Positions 37,821-48,120 of a stretch of 64,000 nt of DNA are shown one piece after another. Source of the stretch: an uncultured Chloroflexia bacterium (GTDB lineage: Bacteria > Chloroflexota > Limnocylindria > Limnocylindrales > CSP1-4); NCBI GenBank assembly GCA_963720755.1, contig CAVRGP010000011.1, forward strand, positions 416,001 through 480,000, in the 5' to 3' direction. Every line of letters begins with the position of its first letter. The stretch's first letter is position 1. A model generated the notes under the pieces. That model was not told where the DNA came from. It was given only the letters and a program-made list of their open reading frames with translations, and searched no databases. Position numbers and translations under genes: made by a program.

Positions 37821-38657
37821 TCAGTCGAGGACGTCGTTGTCGATGAGGCGGGTCGACCCGAAGCTGACCGCCATCGACAGCAAGGCAGGCCCGTCGACCC
37901 GCTCCAACTCTGCGAGCGTGCGGGCATCCGCCACCGAGACGTAGTCGGCGACCGCCAACGGCTCTGCCTCCAGGACCGTCCGCATCGCTTCGCGCAGGGC
38001 CTCCCCGGAGCGCTCGCCGGCCTCCCACCGCTGTCGCGCGGCCAACAGCGCGCGGCGCAGGACCGGGGCGGCGGCGCGCTCGGCCGGCGACAGGTGGACG
38101 TTCCGGGACGACAGGGCCAGGCCGTCAGGCTCACGGACGGTCGGACAGGCGATCACCTCGGTCGGGATGGCCAGATCCCGCGCCATCTGCCGGATGACCA
38201 TGACCTGCTGGGCATCCTTCTGCCCGAAGTACGCTCGGTCTGCGCCAACGAGGTCGAACAGGATCGCAACGACCGTCGCGACGCCATCGAAATGACCGGG
38301 CCGGGCAGCTCCCTCCAGCGGTCCGGCGACGGCACCGACCGAGATCACGGTGTCGAACCCGGGCGGATAGATCTCCAGCGGATCCGGGGCGAAGACGACG
38401 TCGATCCCCTCCTCGTCACAGATCGCGATGTCGCCGGCCTCATTGCGCGGGTACTGGGTGTAGTCCTCGGCGACATTGAACTGGCGCGGGTTGACGAAGA
38501 TCGTCACGACCGTCGTGGCGTCACTCGCCCGGGCCTGGTGCATCAGCGCCCGGTGGCCGTCGTGGAGCCACCCCATCGTGGGGACCAGGCCGATCGGCCG
38601 AGCTGCCCCGGCAAGGGCCTCGCGCAGCTCGGCCCGGGTTCGTGCCAGTCGGGTCAA
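37821..38657 (-). CDS. panC: pantothenate synthetase
   Basis: VPTMGWLHDGH, IFVNPRQF, EGAARPGHFDGV, FGQKDAQQ, REPDGLALSSRN, RLIDN. TTG start. Confidence 0.95.
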   Translation of the reverse strand: MTRLARTRAELREALAGAARPIGLVPTMGWLHDGHRALMHQARASDATTVVTIFVNPRQFNVAEDYTQYPRNEAGDIAICDEEGIDVVFAPDPLEIYPPGFDTVISVGAVAGPLEGAARPGHFDGVATVVAILFDLVGADRAYFGQKDAQQVMVIRQMARDLAIPTEVIACPTVREPDGLALSSRNVHLSPAERAAAPVLRRALLAARQRWEAGERSGEALREAMRTVLEAEPLAVADYVSVADARTLAELERVDGPALLSMAVSFGSTRLIDNDVLD

Positions 38658-38676
38658 GCGGCGAGCGGTGCGACGG

Positions 38677-39591
38677 TCACAGGTCCCGGTCCAGGGGGAT
38701 CCCGCCGATCGGGATCGAGTCGCTCGAGCGGTCGGACGAACCGCGTCCGAGGACCTCGTCGAGGATCGCGTCGTCCATCCGTACCGTCTGTTCGGGTCCT
38801 GGGAAGGTCCCCGCCCCGACGTCCGCGGCGTAGGCGCCGGCGGCGTCACGCATCTGTTCGCGCAGCCGCAGATAGGGTCGGGCGTGCTTCGGGATGAAGT
38901 CGCCGAGCCCGACGAGGTCGGTGATGATCTGGACCTGGCCGCTGCAGCCGGCGCCGGCTCCGATCCCGATGGTCGGCACGCTGAGGCGTTCCGTGATCGC
39001 TGCCGCCAGCTGCTCCGGGACGAGTTCGAGGACCATCGAGAACGCCCCGGCTTCCTGGACGGCACGTGCGTCCGCGATCAGCGACCGGGCCTGATCGCGG
39101 GTCTTGCCCTGGACCTTGACCTTGCCCGCGGCATTGATCGACTGGGGGGTGAGGCCGATGTGGCCCATGACCGGGATCCCGGCGCGGACGAGCGCCTCGA
39201 TGATCCGAGCGCTGCGCACGCCGCCTTCGACCTTGACGGCCTGAGCGCCAGCCTCGCGCAGGAAGTGTCCGGCGTTCTCGAGGGCCTCGTCCGGCGTCGC
39301 ATACGACAGGAACGGCATGTCCGCGACGATCAGGGCCCTGGCGCTGCCGCGAACCACGGCCTTCGTGTGATGGAGCATCTCGGCCATCGTCACCCGGACC
39401 GTCGTCTCGTAGCCGAGGACGACTTGCCCGAGCGAATCGCCCACGAGCAGCATCGGGATGCCGGCCTCGTCGAGGATCTGGGCCGTCGGGTAGTCGTAGG
39501 CGGTCAGCATCGGGATGCGCTGGCCGTCGGCGTACATCCTGGCGATATCGGCGACGGTCTGGCGACGGATGGTCTCGGCGGTGGCGCTCAT
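38677..39591 (-). CDS. panB: 3-methyl-2-oxobutanoate hydroxymethyltransferase
   Basis: LTAYDY, LVGDSLG, ADMPFLSY, VKVEGG, GHIGLTPQS, IGIGAG. Confidence 0.96.
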   Translation of the reverse strand: MSATAETIRRQTVADIARMYADGQRIPMLTAYDYPTAQILDEAGIPMLLVGDSLGQVVLGYETTVRVTMAEMLHHTKAVVRGSARALIVADMPFLSYATPDEALENAGHFLREAGAQAVKVEGGVRSARIIEALVRAGIPVMGHIGLTPQSINAAGKVKVQGKTRDQARSLIADARAVQEAGAFSMVLELVPEQLAAAITERLSVPTIGIGAGAGCSGQVQIITDLVGLGDFIPKHARPYLRLREQMRDAAGAYAADVGAGTFPGPEQTVRMDDAILDEVLGRGSSDRSSDSIPIGGIPLDRDL

Positions 39592-40985
39592 GCTGTCTCC
39601 CCTGCGGGGTCGGTCAGGGCACCAGTCTGCGCGGCGCGCTCCCGCGCGTCCAGCGCCACCGCGATGCGGTCGAGTAGCTCGTCTGCGACGGCCCGCTTCG
39701 ACTGGAGCGGCAAGTCCTCCCGGGATCCGTCGGCAGCCAGGATGGTGACCCGGTTCGTATCCGAGCCGAAGCCGGAACCCGCCTCGGCGACGTCATTGGC
39801 GACCAGGAGATCGACCCGCTTGCGGCTGAGCTTGTCGGCCGCTCGGTCGAGAGAACCCGTCTCCGCGGCAAAGCCGACCAGGATCGGACGAGGGGCAAGA
39901 GGCTGACGGGTCGGGCGGCCGTCGCTGTCGAGTCCGCGGGCGATCCGGGCGATCTCGGCGAGCAGGTCAGGTGTCGCCTCCAGTTCGAGCGACAGGGTCG
40001 AGACCCGCGCCAGCTTCGCATCGGCTGGAGCGACCGGCCGGAAATCCGACACGGCCGCGGCCATGACGAGGGCGTCGAACCCGGGCGATCCGTCGGGACG
40101 ATGCGTGACCCTCAGCAGCGCGGCTCGAAGGTCGGCAGTGGACTCGACCCGGATCACGGTCGCATCGCCGGGCGGTGGGACGCTCATATCGGCGGCGATG
40201 AGGGTCACCCGCGCTCCACGATCGGAGGCGGCCTGGGCGATGGCTACGCCCATCTTCCCCGTCGAGCGATTGCCGATGAACCGGACCGGATCGATCGCCT
40301 CGCGCGTGCCACCCGCCGTGACCACGACATGGCGGCCGGCCAGGTCCGCGTCTCGACTTGGCGAGACGATGGGCGGCCGGGAGGCCGGATCGATCGCCCG
40401 GACGGGCCGGCCCTCGACCGCGGCGGCGACGGCATCGACGATGGACGGAAGGTCCGCGAGTCGTCCCACACCCGACTGCCCGGACGCCAGCGCTCCCACA
40501 TCGGGGTCGACCACCGTATAGCCGAAGGTGCGCAGGCGGGCGACATTCGCGGTCGTCGCGGGGTGCGTCCACATGTCGCCATCCATCGCTGGGGCGACGA
40601 TGACCGGAGCCGCGGTCGCCAGGCAGGCCGCCGTGACGACATCGCCGGACAGGCCGGTGGCCATCGCCGCCAACCAATGGGCGGTGGCCGGGGCGACGAC
40701 GATCGCGTCGGCGCTGTCGCCGATCACGATGTGGCCGATCCGGCCGTCGGGCAGGAGGTCGAGCACGTCCGTCTCGATCGGGTGGCTCGACAGGGCGGCG
40801 AATGACAGGGGGCCGACGAACCGGGTCGCCGCCGGGGTCTCGAGGACCGCGACCGCCGCGCCTTCGGCCTGGAGCAGACGGAGCAGTTCGAGAGCCTTGT
40901 AGGCGGCGATCGAACCAGTCACGCCGAGCCCGATCAGCCGTCCCTCAAGGCGTCCTGCGCCGCCGGGACCGGCCCCGCCGGTCAT
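39588..40985 (-). CDS. coaBC: phosphopantothenoylcysteine decarboxylase/synthetase
   Basis: GVTGSIAAYK, APATA, APAMD, TAGGTRE.IDPVRFIGNRSTGKMG, AAVSDF, VGFAAET, VANDV. Confidence 0.95.
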   Translation of the reverse strand: MTGGAGPGGAGRLEGRLIGLGVTGSIAAYKALELLRLLQAEGAAVAVLETPAATRFVGPLSFAALSSHPIETDVLDLLPDGRIGHIVIGDSADAIVVAPATAHWLAAMATGLSGDVVTAACLATAAPVIVAPAMDGDMWTHPATTANVARLRTFGYTVVDPDVGALASGQSGVGRLADLPSIVDAVAAAVEGRPVRAIDPASRPPIVSPSRDADLAGRHVVVTAGGTREAIDPVRFIGNRSTGKMGVAIAQAASDRGARVTLIAADMSVPPPGDATVIRVESTADLRAALLRVTHRPDGSPGFDALVMAAAVSDFRPVAPADAKLARVSTLSLELEATPDLLAEIARIARGLDSDGRPTRQPLAPRPILVGFAAETGSLDRAADKLSRKRVDLLVANDVAEAGSGFGSDTNRVTILAADGSREDLPLQSKRAVADELLDRIAVALDARERAAQTGALTDPAGETA

Positions 40986-41794
40986 CGCAGACCCAGTTCC
41001 AGCGGTTCGCCGCCGCCGACCTCGGCATGCAGGATCGCGAGGCCCTTGAGGGTCAGGTCCGGGTCGACCGCATCGATGCCCTCGAGGCTCGCCGCCCACG
41101 GTGCCGCCGCACGTCCACCGGTCAGGATCGCCTGGACCTCGTCCTCGCGCACGCCGTTCGTTTCCGCGAGTTCGGCGCGCAGCCTGCCGAGCAATCCGGT
41201 CACCAGGGCAACGTGGCCGAGGACGATGCCGGATTGCATCGCGGTGATCGTATCCCGACCGATCGCCCGGTCCGGCGCACGCAGCTCGATCCGCGGCAGT
41301 TTCGCCGTCCTGGCGGCCAGCGCCTCGAGGCCGAGCGCCAGGCCAGGCGCGATCGCACCACCGACATAGGCGCCATCGGCTGCCACGCAGTCGAAGGTCG
41401 TCGCGGTCCCAAGGTCGACCACGACGGAGGGTGTGCCGTACAGTCGGGCCGCGGCGAGGGCATTGACCAGGCGATCGGCACCGACTTCGCCCGGCCGGTC
41501 GACCCGAACGGCGAGGGGCACGGACCCCACACCGGCGACGAGGAGCTGGAGGTCGCGCCGGCTGGCGATGGACTCGATGGCAGCCGTCAACGCCGGTACG
41601 ACCGAGGCCAGGGCGATCGCGTCGATGTCAGCGGTGGCCAACCCATCGAGCCGGAGGAGCCCGTCGAGGAGGAGCTCGATCTCGTCGCTTGTCGCCGTAC
41701 GGTCGGTGGCGGCTCGACGAGTCGCCACCAGGGCACCGGCGCGCAGGACGCCGATGGTGACGTTGGTGTTCCCGATGTCGAGTGCTAGCAGCAT
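40982..41794 (-). CDS. coaX: type III pantothenate kinase
   Basis: LDIGNT, ASVVP, GADRLVN, VDLGTATTFD, GGAIAPG, LTGG, LTLKGL. Confidence 0.95.
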   Translation of the reverse strand: MLLALDIGNTNVTIGVLRAGALVATRRAATDRTATSDEIELLLDGLLRLDGLATADIDAIALASVVPALTAAIESIASRRDLQLLVAGVGSVPLAVRVDRPGEVGADRLVNALAAARLYGTPSVVVDLGTATTFDCVAADGAYVGGAIAPGLALGLEALAARTAKLPRIELRAPDRAIGRDTITAMQSGIVLGHVALVTGLLGRLRAELAETNGVREDEVQAILTGGRAAAPWAASLEGIDAVDPDLTLKGLAILHAEVGGGEPLELGLR

Positions 41795-41884
41795 GCGACG
41801 GATGATACGCGGGCGACACGACCGCACAGCGGTGCGGTACCATCGCACCCGTCGTCCCCCTTCCGCCCACCGAGGAGACGCCGG

Positions 41885-42322
41885 GTGTCCAGCCCGCCGC
41901 ACGCCAAGTTCTTCGTCAACGCCGGCGTCGTGACCAGTCGGACGGACATGCTCCACCTGCTCCGGCCCCTGCTCAAACAGACCGTCACGTACCGTTACCT
42001 GCGCGGTCGCGAGGTCGTGTCGCACGGGACCGGCTGGGTCGAGCGCATCGTCGTCGACGCGGATGACACCTCGACCTACTTCACCCCGCTGGCGATCACC
42101 CTGAACATCGATTCGTTCGAACACCTCGAGTTCGAGACCCGACCCGACCAACTCCTGGTCTACGCCCTCGTCCAGGGTGACGAGCGGATCGTCATGGAGT
42201 TCGCCCCGATCGGTCCCGGCGAGGCCGAAGGCTCGCCGTTCGCCCCGCGGCAGCTCACCTTCGATACCAGTGAGTTCGTCCAGATGGAGTTGCTCGGCCT
42301 CGAAGCCCACGAGGACGAGTAG
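41885..42322 (+). CDS. hypothetical protein
   Basis: 145-aa ORF preceded by a GAGGAG Shine-Dalgarno, with strong codon bias. No family recognised. Confidence 0.7.
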   Translation: MSSPPHAKFFVNAGVVTSRTDMLHLLRPLLKQTVTYRYLRGREVVSHGTGWVERIVVDADDTSTYFTPLAITLNIDSFEHLEFETRPDQLLVYALVQGDERIVMEFAPIGPGEAEGSPFAPRQLTFDTSEFVQMELLGLEAHEDE

Positions 42323-42400
42323 CGGAACGGTCAGGTCGGGTGACGATCGGTCCGGCCGCTCACCCGGGACCGCGCTTCCAATCCGGTACCATCGCCTGCG

Positions 42401-43669
42401 ATGTTCGAACGGACCGCGTTGCCTGCCGGCCCCCGCGTGATCAGCGCCCGATTACCCGCCGCCCGATCCGTCTCGATCGCCGCCTACGTGCTCGCCGGGT
42501 CACGACTCGAGCGCCCCGGCCAGATCGGCGTGGCCCACTTCATGGAGCACATCACCTTCAAGGGCACCGCCGCCTTCCCGTCGACGCGGTCCATCAGCGA
42601 AGCGATCGAAGGTGTCGGAGGCTCGTTCAACGCGGCGACCGACCGTGAAACCACCGTCTATTGGGTCCGGGTCCCGCGCCGCGAGCTCGACCGCGCGATG
42701 GATGTCGTCGGCGAGCTCATCGTCCGACCCCGTCTGACGTCCGCCGACATCGACAGTGAACGGACGGTGATCATCGAGGAGATCCGCTCGTACCTCGACG
42801 ATCCATCGGAGTATTGCCAGATCCTGTTCCAGACGGCGATGTTCGGCGACGGGCCGCTCGGCCGCGAGATCTGCGGCGACGAGTCCGGCATCCGGGCACT
42901 GCCGGCGGCGGCCGTCCGCGACTTCTGGCGGACGACGTACCGGCCGAGCAATATCGTTGTCGCGGTCGCCGGCGATCTGTCCCACGACGAGGCGACCAGC
43001 CGGGCGGCGACGACGTTCGGGACCGGCGAGGGACCGATCCCCGGGGTCGCGCCGGCGCCTGTCCTGCCGGCCGGTGAGCGAGTCCGGATCGGGAAACGTG
43101 CGACCAGCCAAGCCCAGATCTGCCTCGGGGTGCCCGCCCTCCGTCGCGATCATCCGGACAGCTGGACCCTGGCGGTCCTCAATGCCGTCCTCGGCGACGG
43201 CATGAGCAGCCGTCTGTTCCTGTCGGTCCGGGAGGAGCTCGGACTCGCCTATGACGTCTCCTCCGGGTTGGTCGACTACGCCGATGCCGGCGCCCTCGAG
43301 GTCTCGGCCGGGATCGATCCGGCCGGACTCCCGGCCGCGCTCGACGCCATCCTGGTGGAGCTTGCTCGATTGCGCGACGAGCTCGTCCCGGCGGATGAAC
43401 TGGCCAAGGCAAAGCGGTACCTGGCCGGCGGCCTGGAGCTCCGGATGGACGACAGCCGGCACGTGGCGTCCTGGATCGGCGGGCAGGAGGCGCTCCACGA
43501 TCGGGTCCTGACCCTCGATGAGGCGCTCGAGGCGGTCGATGCTGTCGAGGCGACCACGATCCAGCGACTCGCCACCGACTTGTTCTGCGACGAGTCGCTT
43601 CGGTTGGCGGTCGTGGCGCCCGCACGTTATCTGCGTGGCCTGGAGCGAAGGCTCAGACTCCCGTCATGA
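42401..43669 (+). CDS. M16-family zinc peptidase
   Basis: AHFMEH (HxxEH), FNAAT, ERTVIIEE, GMSSRLF..VREELGLAY. Confidence 0.93.
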   Translation: MFERTALPAGPRVISARLPAARSVSIAAYVLAGSRLERPGQIGVAHFMEHITFKGTAAFPSTRSISEAIEGVGGSFNAATDRETTVYWVRVPRRELDRAMDVVGELIVRPRLTSADIDSERTVIIEEIRSYLDDPSEYCQILFQTAMFGDGPLGREICGDESGIRALPAAAVRDFWRTTYRPSNIVVAVAGDLSHDEATSRAATTFGTGEGPIPGVAPAPVLPAGERVRIGKRATSQAQICLGVPALRRDHPDSWTLAVLNAVLGDGMSSRLFLSVREELGLAYDVSSGLVDYADAGALEVSAGIDPAGLPAALDAILVELARLRDELVPADELAKAKRYLAGGLELRMDDSRHVASWIGGQEALHDRVLTLDEALEAVDAVEATTIQRLATDLFCDESLRLAVVAPARYLRGLERRLRLPS

Positions 43670-44772
43670 CCTCGGACACGGACCTCGGCCCCGCCGTCCC
43701 GCCTGACCCGTCGGACAGGGCCGTCGAGCTCGTTCTCGCCCGGATGCACCTTCGATCTGGTCTCCTGACCCTCGCGCGCTCAGAGCTCGAAGGCCTGTCA
43801 GACATCGATGCGATCGATCCGATGGGGCTCGCCGACCTGGCCGAGGTGCGCTGGAGGACCGGCGAGCTGGTCGGCGCGGGCCGGGCGGCCGACGCCGCCC
43901 TTGAAGCGGGGATCGACGATCCGGTCGCGCTGGTCGTCGCCGCGGAAGCCGCCGTCGATCTCGGTCGCCCGAGCGAGGCGCGGCGCGTGGCGGCACGAGC
44001 GGTCGACACCGCACCCGCCACGATCGATCGGATCTTCGCCGGGATGCCGCGCTCGGCGATCTGGCCGCCCGACGCCCACGAACCGCTGCCGACCGCGCCG
44101 ACACTGTTCGATCGTGCTCCCGGGGTCGGGATCATCGTGACCGAGCCGTTGCCCGACGGCGAGGGGCAAGCATCGGCGGCCCTCGATGACCGGTCGGAAC
44201 ACCCGATGACGCTCGGTCTGTGGGCGGGCAACGAGAGCGAAGATCCGGCTCTGCCGACCTTGCCGGATCCGGCCGATGCCTTCGACATCGGGCGGATCGC
44301 GCTGATGGAGGGCGCATTCGACGAGGCGGCATTCCAACTCGGTCTTGCGCTGCGCCTCGCCCCGGCCCTCGCCCCGGCCGTCCTTGAGGTCACGGACGGA
44401 GCGCGCGCCAGGGGCCTGACGCTCGTTCGTGGAGACGCATACCGGCTCGCCGGCCACGAGAGCGAAGCCCGGCAGGCGTATGCGCTCGCGGCGCGCGGGG
44501 GGCTCCCGGAACGCCGGTCGCGGGTTCGCGTCAAGTCGAACATCTCGGGCGCGACCGCGGTCAGCACAGCAGGCCCGGTGGGCGGGGCGGTGGACCACAG
44601 CCCCGCCGGTGTCACCGAGGCGGACGAAGCGGCAGCCGACGCCACGGAGCGTATCGAGTTGGGATCGGTCATGGACATGGAGACGGGACCGATGGTCGAG
44701 GACGAGCCCGATACGGCCGTCGATGCGGAACCGGGACCGACGGCCGAGGACGAGCTCGCGGAGGATCCGTAG
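43666..44772 (+). CDS. hypothetical helical/TPR-like protein with acidic tail
   Basis: ATGA overlap with the M16 gene. Ala/Leu-rich helical repeats such as [18 protein letters not shown]. Confidence 0.65.
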   Translation: MTSDTDLGPAVPPDPSDRAVELVLARMHLRSGLLTLARSELEGLSDIDAIDPMGLADLAEVRWRTGELVGAGRAADAALEAGIDDPVALVVAAEAAVDLGRPSEARRVAARAVDTAPATIDRIFAGMPRSAIWPPDAHEPLPTAPTLFDRAPGVGIIVTEPLPDGEGQASAALDDRSEHPMTLGLWAGNESEDPALPTLPDPADAFDIGRIALMEGAFDEAAFQLGLALRLAPALAPAVLEVTDGARARGLTLVRGDAYRLAGHESEARQAYALAARGGLPERRSRVRVKSNISGATAVSTAGPVGGAVDHSPAGVTEADEAAADATERIELGSVMDMETGPMVEDEPDTAVDAEPGPTAEDELAEDP

Positions 44773-44833
44773 CCGGCGGGCGCTATCCGATACAATCCGG
44801 CCCGTCCACGTCCGACCGTACCCCAAGGAAGTC

Positions 44834-45301
44834 ATGCCAGGCACAGAACGGACCCTCGTCCTCGTCAAGCCCGACGGCGTCCAGCGCCAGCTGGTCGGCC
44901 GCATCCTCGCCCGCTACGAGTCGCGCGGGCTCAAGATCGTCGGGCTCAAACTCGTCCAGGTCGATCGCGGCCTCGCCGAGCGCCACTATGCGGCGCACCG
45001 CGAGAAGCCGTTCTTTGCCGGATTGGTCGAGTTCATCACCTCGGCACCCCTCGTCGCTCTCGCCCTGGACGGCCCCAACGCGATCGCCGTCGTCCGGGCG
45101 ATCAACGGTGCGACCCGGCCCCATGAAGCGGCGCCCGGAACCATTCGGGGCGACCTCGCGCTCGAGACCGCGCAGAACATCGTCCACGCATCCGATAGCC
45201 CGGAGGCGGCCGGGACCGAGCTCGCGCTCTGGTTCCAATCCAGTGAATTGCTCGACTACGAGCGCGACATCGATCGATGGGTACTCGCTCCGGGCGAGTA
45301 G
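44834..45301 (+). CDS. ndk: nucleoside-diphosphate kinase
   Basis: [41 protein letters not shown]. Confidence 0.97.
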   Translation: MPGTERTLVLVKPDGVQRQLVGRILARYESRGLKIVGLKLVQVDRGLAERHYAAHREKPFFAGLVEFITSAPLVALALDGPNAIAVVRAINGATRPHEAAPGTIRGDLALETAQNIVHASDSPEAAGTELALWFQSSELLDYERDIDRWVLAPGE

Positions 45302-45349
45302 CGCGGATCGTCGTGGCCAGGGCGGCAGCCGCTGACGGCGCTGGCGCGG

Positions 45350-46807
45350 CTACCGCGGTGGGGCCTCTGGCAGTGACCGCTCGAGGGCCGGCGGTCGTCC
45401 GGCTGCATCGGCCGGTCCCCCGAAGGTCCCGAGTGACGTGGCGACCGCGAGGCCGGCCAACAAGACGGCGACGGTGGCTGCCCCGAACGTTCGATTGGCA
45501 CGTCCGGTCAGCCGCAACCACCCCAGGATGTCGGCCCGGTCGATCGGCGTGAGACGTGGTCGCCATGGGTCGACACCGGGAGGTACCCGATCCGGAGCCT
45601 CGAAACCGACCACCAGCAGGCGTCCGTAGTAGGCGATCGGCGCCAGCGTACCGAGCAGGACCAGGACGGTGAGCGGCCCGTCCACGGCCAGATCGACGAT
45701 CGTCGATCTGGCCTCGAAGGCCACCGTTCCGGGGAGACCGACGCTCGCGAACACGACGGCGACGAGCGCGACACCGAGCAGCGGCGAGCGCCGGGCCCAA
45801 CCCCGCAGGTCAGCCACGCTTCCGGTCCAGAATCCGGCGCGGATGCCGGCGACCCAGGCCGCGAACGCACTGCGAGATGCCACGAAGACGAGGATCCACG
45901 TCCTCGCCGGGGTCCAGACCGCGGGGTCGAGTGATCCCAGGGCGAGGATCACGACGCCGGCATCACCCATGATCGAATACCCGAGGACGTGCTCGATGTC
46001 GTCCTGTGCGAAGGCCGCCACGGCAGCCAGGACGATCGTGGCGATCGCGATCGTCTCGATGATCGCCTTGGCCGGACCAAGGTCGACGAGCGTCGGCGAG
46101 ATCATGGCCTCGGTCCAGGCAAGGGCCACGACCGCGAGCGTGGCGGGCGCGATGGCCGTCACGAAGGGCAGGGCCGTCTCGGGGACGGCGTCCGCCAGGC
46201 GAGCGGCCCACAGGTGGAACGGGATGGTCCCGAACCGCAGCGCGACAGCCAGGGTGAACGCGAGATAGGCGGAACCGAGCACCACGGGCTGCGCGGTCTC
46301 GCCATCGAGGTTTCGGCCGAACCACGCCGTCGCGAAGATCGCCAGTACGCCCGCGATGACCACGACCCGCGCCTCGCGGATGCCGACGTCGGCGCTCGGC
46401 GCGCCCCCGCCCGGTGACAGCGTGACCAGGATTCCGAACAGTCCGCCGGTGGTCGCGACGATCACGGCGGCTTGTGGGTCGCGGAGGCCAAGCGTCAGGC
46501 CGCCGGCGGCAAGGACCAACATCGTCATCGCGAGGGCATCGCGCCGAGTCCCCGCGGCCAGCCCGAGGATCCCCAGGCCGAGACCGACGACCGAACCCAG
46601 GACCAGGAGATGTCGCAGGTAGTTCGTCGTGGCGAGCCCGGTGCCGGCAAGGTCGACCATCTGTCCGGGAACGATGGCCACGGCCGCCGCGCTGGTCGCA
46701 CACAGGCCCACCAGCCCGATGACCGTGGCCGCCCGAGTCCGAGCTCGCAGGGCGAGCACCAGCCCGGCTCCGATCATCGCCACGGCCGTGAACACGATCA
46801 GGCTCAT
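45350..46807 (-). CDS. proton-conducting membrane subunit (NuoN/MrpD/HyfB-like), divergent
   Basis: Many TM helices; RFGTIPFHLW, LGYSI, SVGLPGT..F. Confidence 0.7.
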   Translation of the reverse strand: MSLIVFTAVAMIGAGLVLALRARTRAATVIGLVGLCATSAAAVAIVPGQMVDLAGTGLATTNYLRHLLVLGSVVGLGLGILGLAAGTRRDALAMTMLVLAAGGLTLGLRDPQAAVIVATTGGLFGILVTLSPGGGAPSADVGIREARVVVIAGVLAIFATAWFGRNLDGETAQPVVLGSAYLAFTLAVALRFGTIPFHLWAARLADAVPETALPFVTAIAPATLAVVALAWTEAMISPTLVDLGPAKAIIETIAIATIVLAAVAAFAQDDIEHVLGYSIMGDAGVVILALGSLDPAVWTPARTWILVFVASRSAFAAWVAGIRAGFWTGSVADLRGWARRSPLLGVALVAVVFASVGLPGTVAFEARSTIVDLAVDGPLTVLVLLGTLAPIAYYGRLLVVGFEAPDRVPPGVDPWRPRLTPIDRADILGWLRLTGRANRTFGAATVAVLLAGLAVATSLGTFGGPADAAGRPPALERSLPEAPPR

Positions 46808-47400
46808 CGTGGACCCGCGGGGCGGACGACCTCGTCGGACCTGGCGGCGGCGAGGAGGAGCGCCACCGCGCCGCCCAATGTCGCCACGAGGCCGCCGATC
46901 AGCACCTGGTCGAATGACCCGGGCGTCCCACTCAGTCCGGTCAGGATGAGCAGCGAACCGGCAAGCAGCAGGCACAGACCAAGGCCCACGCGCAAGGTGT
47001 CCCGCCCGGTCACCACCGGCAGGACGGCCAGGCCGGCCACGGCGAAGCCTGCAGCGGTGGCCGATACGGGGCCGTCGACGGATACGCCAAGGCCGTGGCT
47101 TCCGTAGCCCGCGGCGGCTGCCGCCACGGCGAGGAAGACTTCAGTGGGCCAGCCGATCTGCGACCCACCCGTCTCCACGCGATCGCCACGAGACGCGATC
47201 CACAGGAGATACGCGGCCAGGACAGCACCGACGATCCGGGCAGCCAATCCGAGGGCTTCCGGGATCGGGGCGGCGATCGCCGGCGACAGGACCATGACGA
47301 TGACCAGCCCGAAGATCGCGGTCCGTGCGTTCCTGGCGGAGGCCGTCACCACGGCTCCGGCGACGACCGCGAGCGCGACCCCCGCCAGGGCCGGGTTCAC
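46804..47400 (-). CDS. membrane protein (possibly HyfE/NuoJ-like)
   Basis: About 6 hydrophobic helices. ATGA overlap with the downstream antiporter-like gene. Confidence 0.6.
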   Translation of the reverse strand: MNPALAGVALAVVAGAVVTASARNARTAIFGLVIVMVLSPAIAAPIPEALGLAARIVGAVLAAYLLWIASRGDRVETGGSQIGWPTEVFLAVAAAAAGYGSHGLGVSVDGPVSATAAGFAVAGLAVLPVVTGRDTLRVGLGLCLLLAGSLLILTGLSGTPGSFDQVLIGGLVATLGGAVALLLAAARSDEVVRPAGPR

Positions 47401-47410
47401 GGCGTCGGAC

Positions 47411-48010
47411 TCATGGCGTCGCTGGCGTCAGTTCCGGGTAGGTCGGCGTCTGGAGGATCCCGAAGCCGTCGAGGGGCCAGTAGCGCAGCCATGCGCGGCC
47501 GATGACCTGCTCGACGGGGACTGGACCGAACGTGCGTGAATCCGCCGAATTGGCGCGATGGTCGCCCATGAGGAAGAGTTCGCCGGCAGGGATGACCCAC
47601 GTGCTCTGGTCGTCCGGGACCGTCGTCGGTTGGGGTGGCACGTTCGGTGCGACCGAGTACAGATACGGCTCGTCGATCTGGGTACCGTTGATGTAGACAT
47701 TCCCGTCGTGGATCGACACAGTGTCTCCGCCGAGTCCGATGACGCGCTTGATGAACGGGGTGTCATCCTGCTGCACCCAGTCCGCAGGCGGCTTGAACAC
47801 CACGATATCGCCCCGATCGTAGCTGTCGAATCGGGGTGTCAGCTTGTCCACCAGAACGTACTGATCGGGCTCCAGCGTGTGCTCCATCGACTGCTGCTGG
47901 ACCTTGTACGGCTGCGCGATGAACGTCTGGATGACGAAGAAGATGATGAGCGTGAGGACGAGCGTCTCGACGATCTCGAAGAGACACCCGAAGATGGGTC
48001 GTCGGGTCAC
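47411..48010 (-). CDS. lepB: signal peptidase I
   Basis: SMEHTL, RGDIVVF, IKRVIG..GD, MGDHRANSADSRTFG. Confidence 0.95.
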   Translation of the reverse strand: MTRRPIFGCLFEIVETLVLTLIIFFVIQTFIAQPYKVQQQSMEHTLEPDQYVLVDKLTPRFDSYDRGDIVVFKPPADWVQQDDTPFIKRVIGLGGDTVSIHDGNVYINGTQIDEPYLYSVAPNVPPQPTTVPDDQSTWVIPAGELFLMGDHRANSADSRTFGPVPVEQVIGRAWLRYWPLDGFGILQTPTYPELTPATP

Positions 48011-48090
48011 AAGCGGGCAGTATAGGGGCTGACCTGACGGACCGCCGCGGGTCGGGCCGGATGTTCGCCGGCGCCGCTGCGCAAACGAGT

Positions 48091-48120
48091 TTGACCCGCC
48101 TTCTCGCGCCTTGCTACACT
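48091..48120 (+). promoter_or_regulatory. sigma-70-type promoter of hppA
   Basis: TTGACC-18 nt-TACACT with an extended -10 (TGn). Confidence 0.55.

Noticed and set aside
37421-38134. ORFs with repeated CGPWCLRSAGA or TASTTDRRHRP peptides
   Set aside because: They are translations of the DNA tandem repeats, overlap panC out of frame, and lack credible starts.
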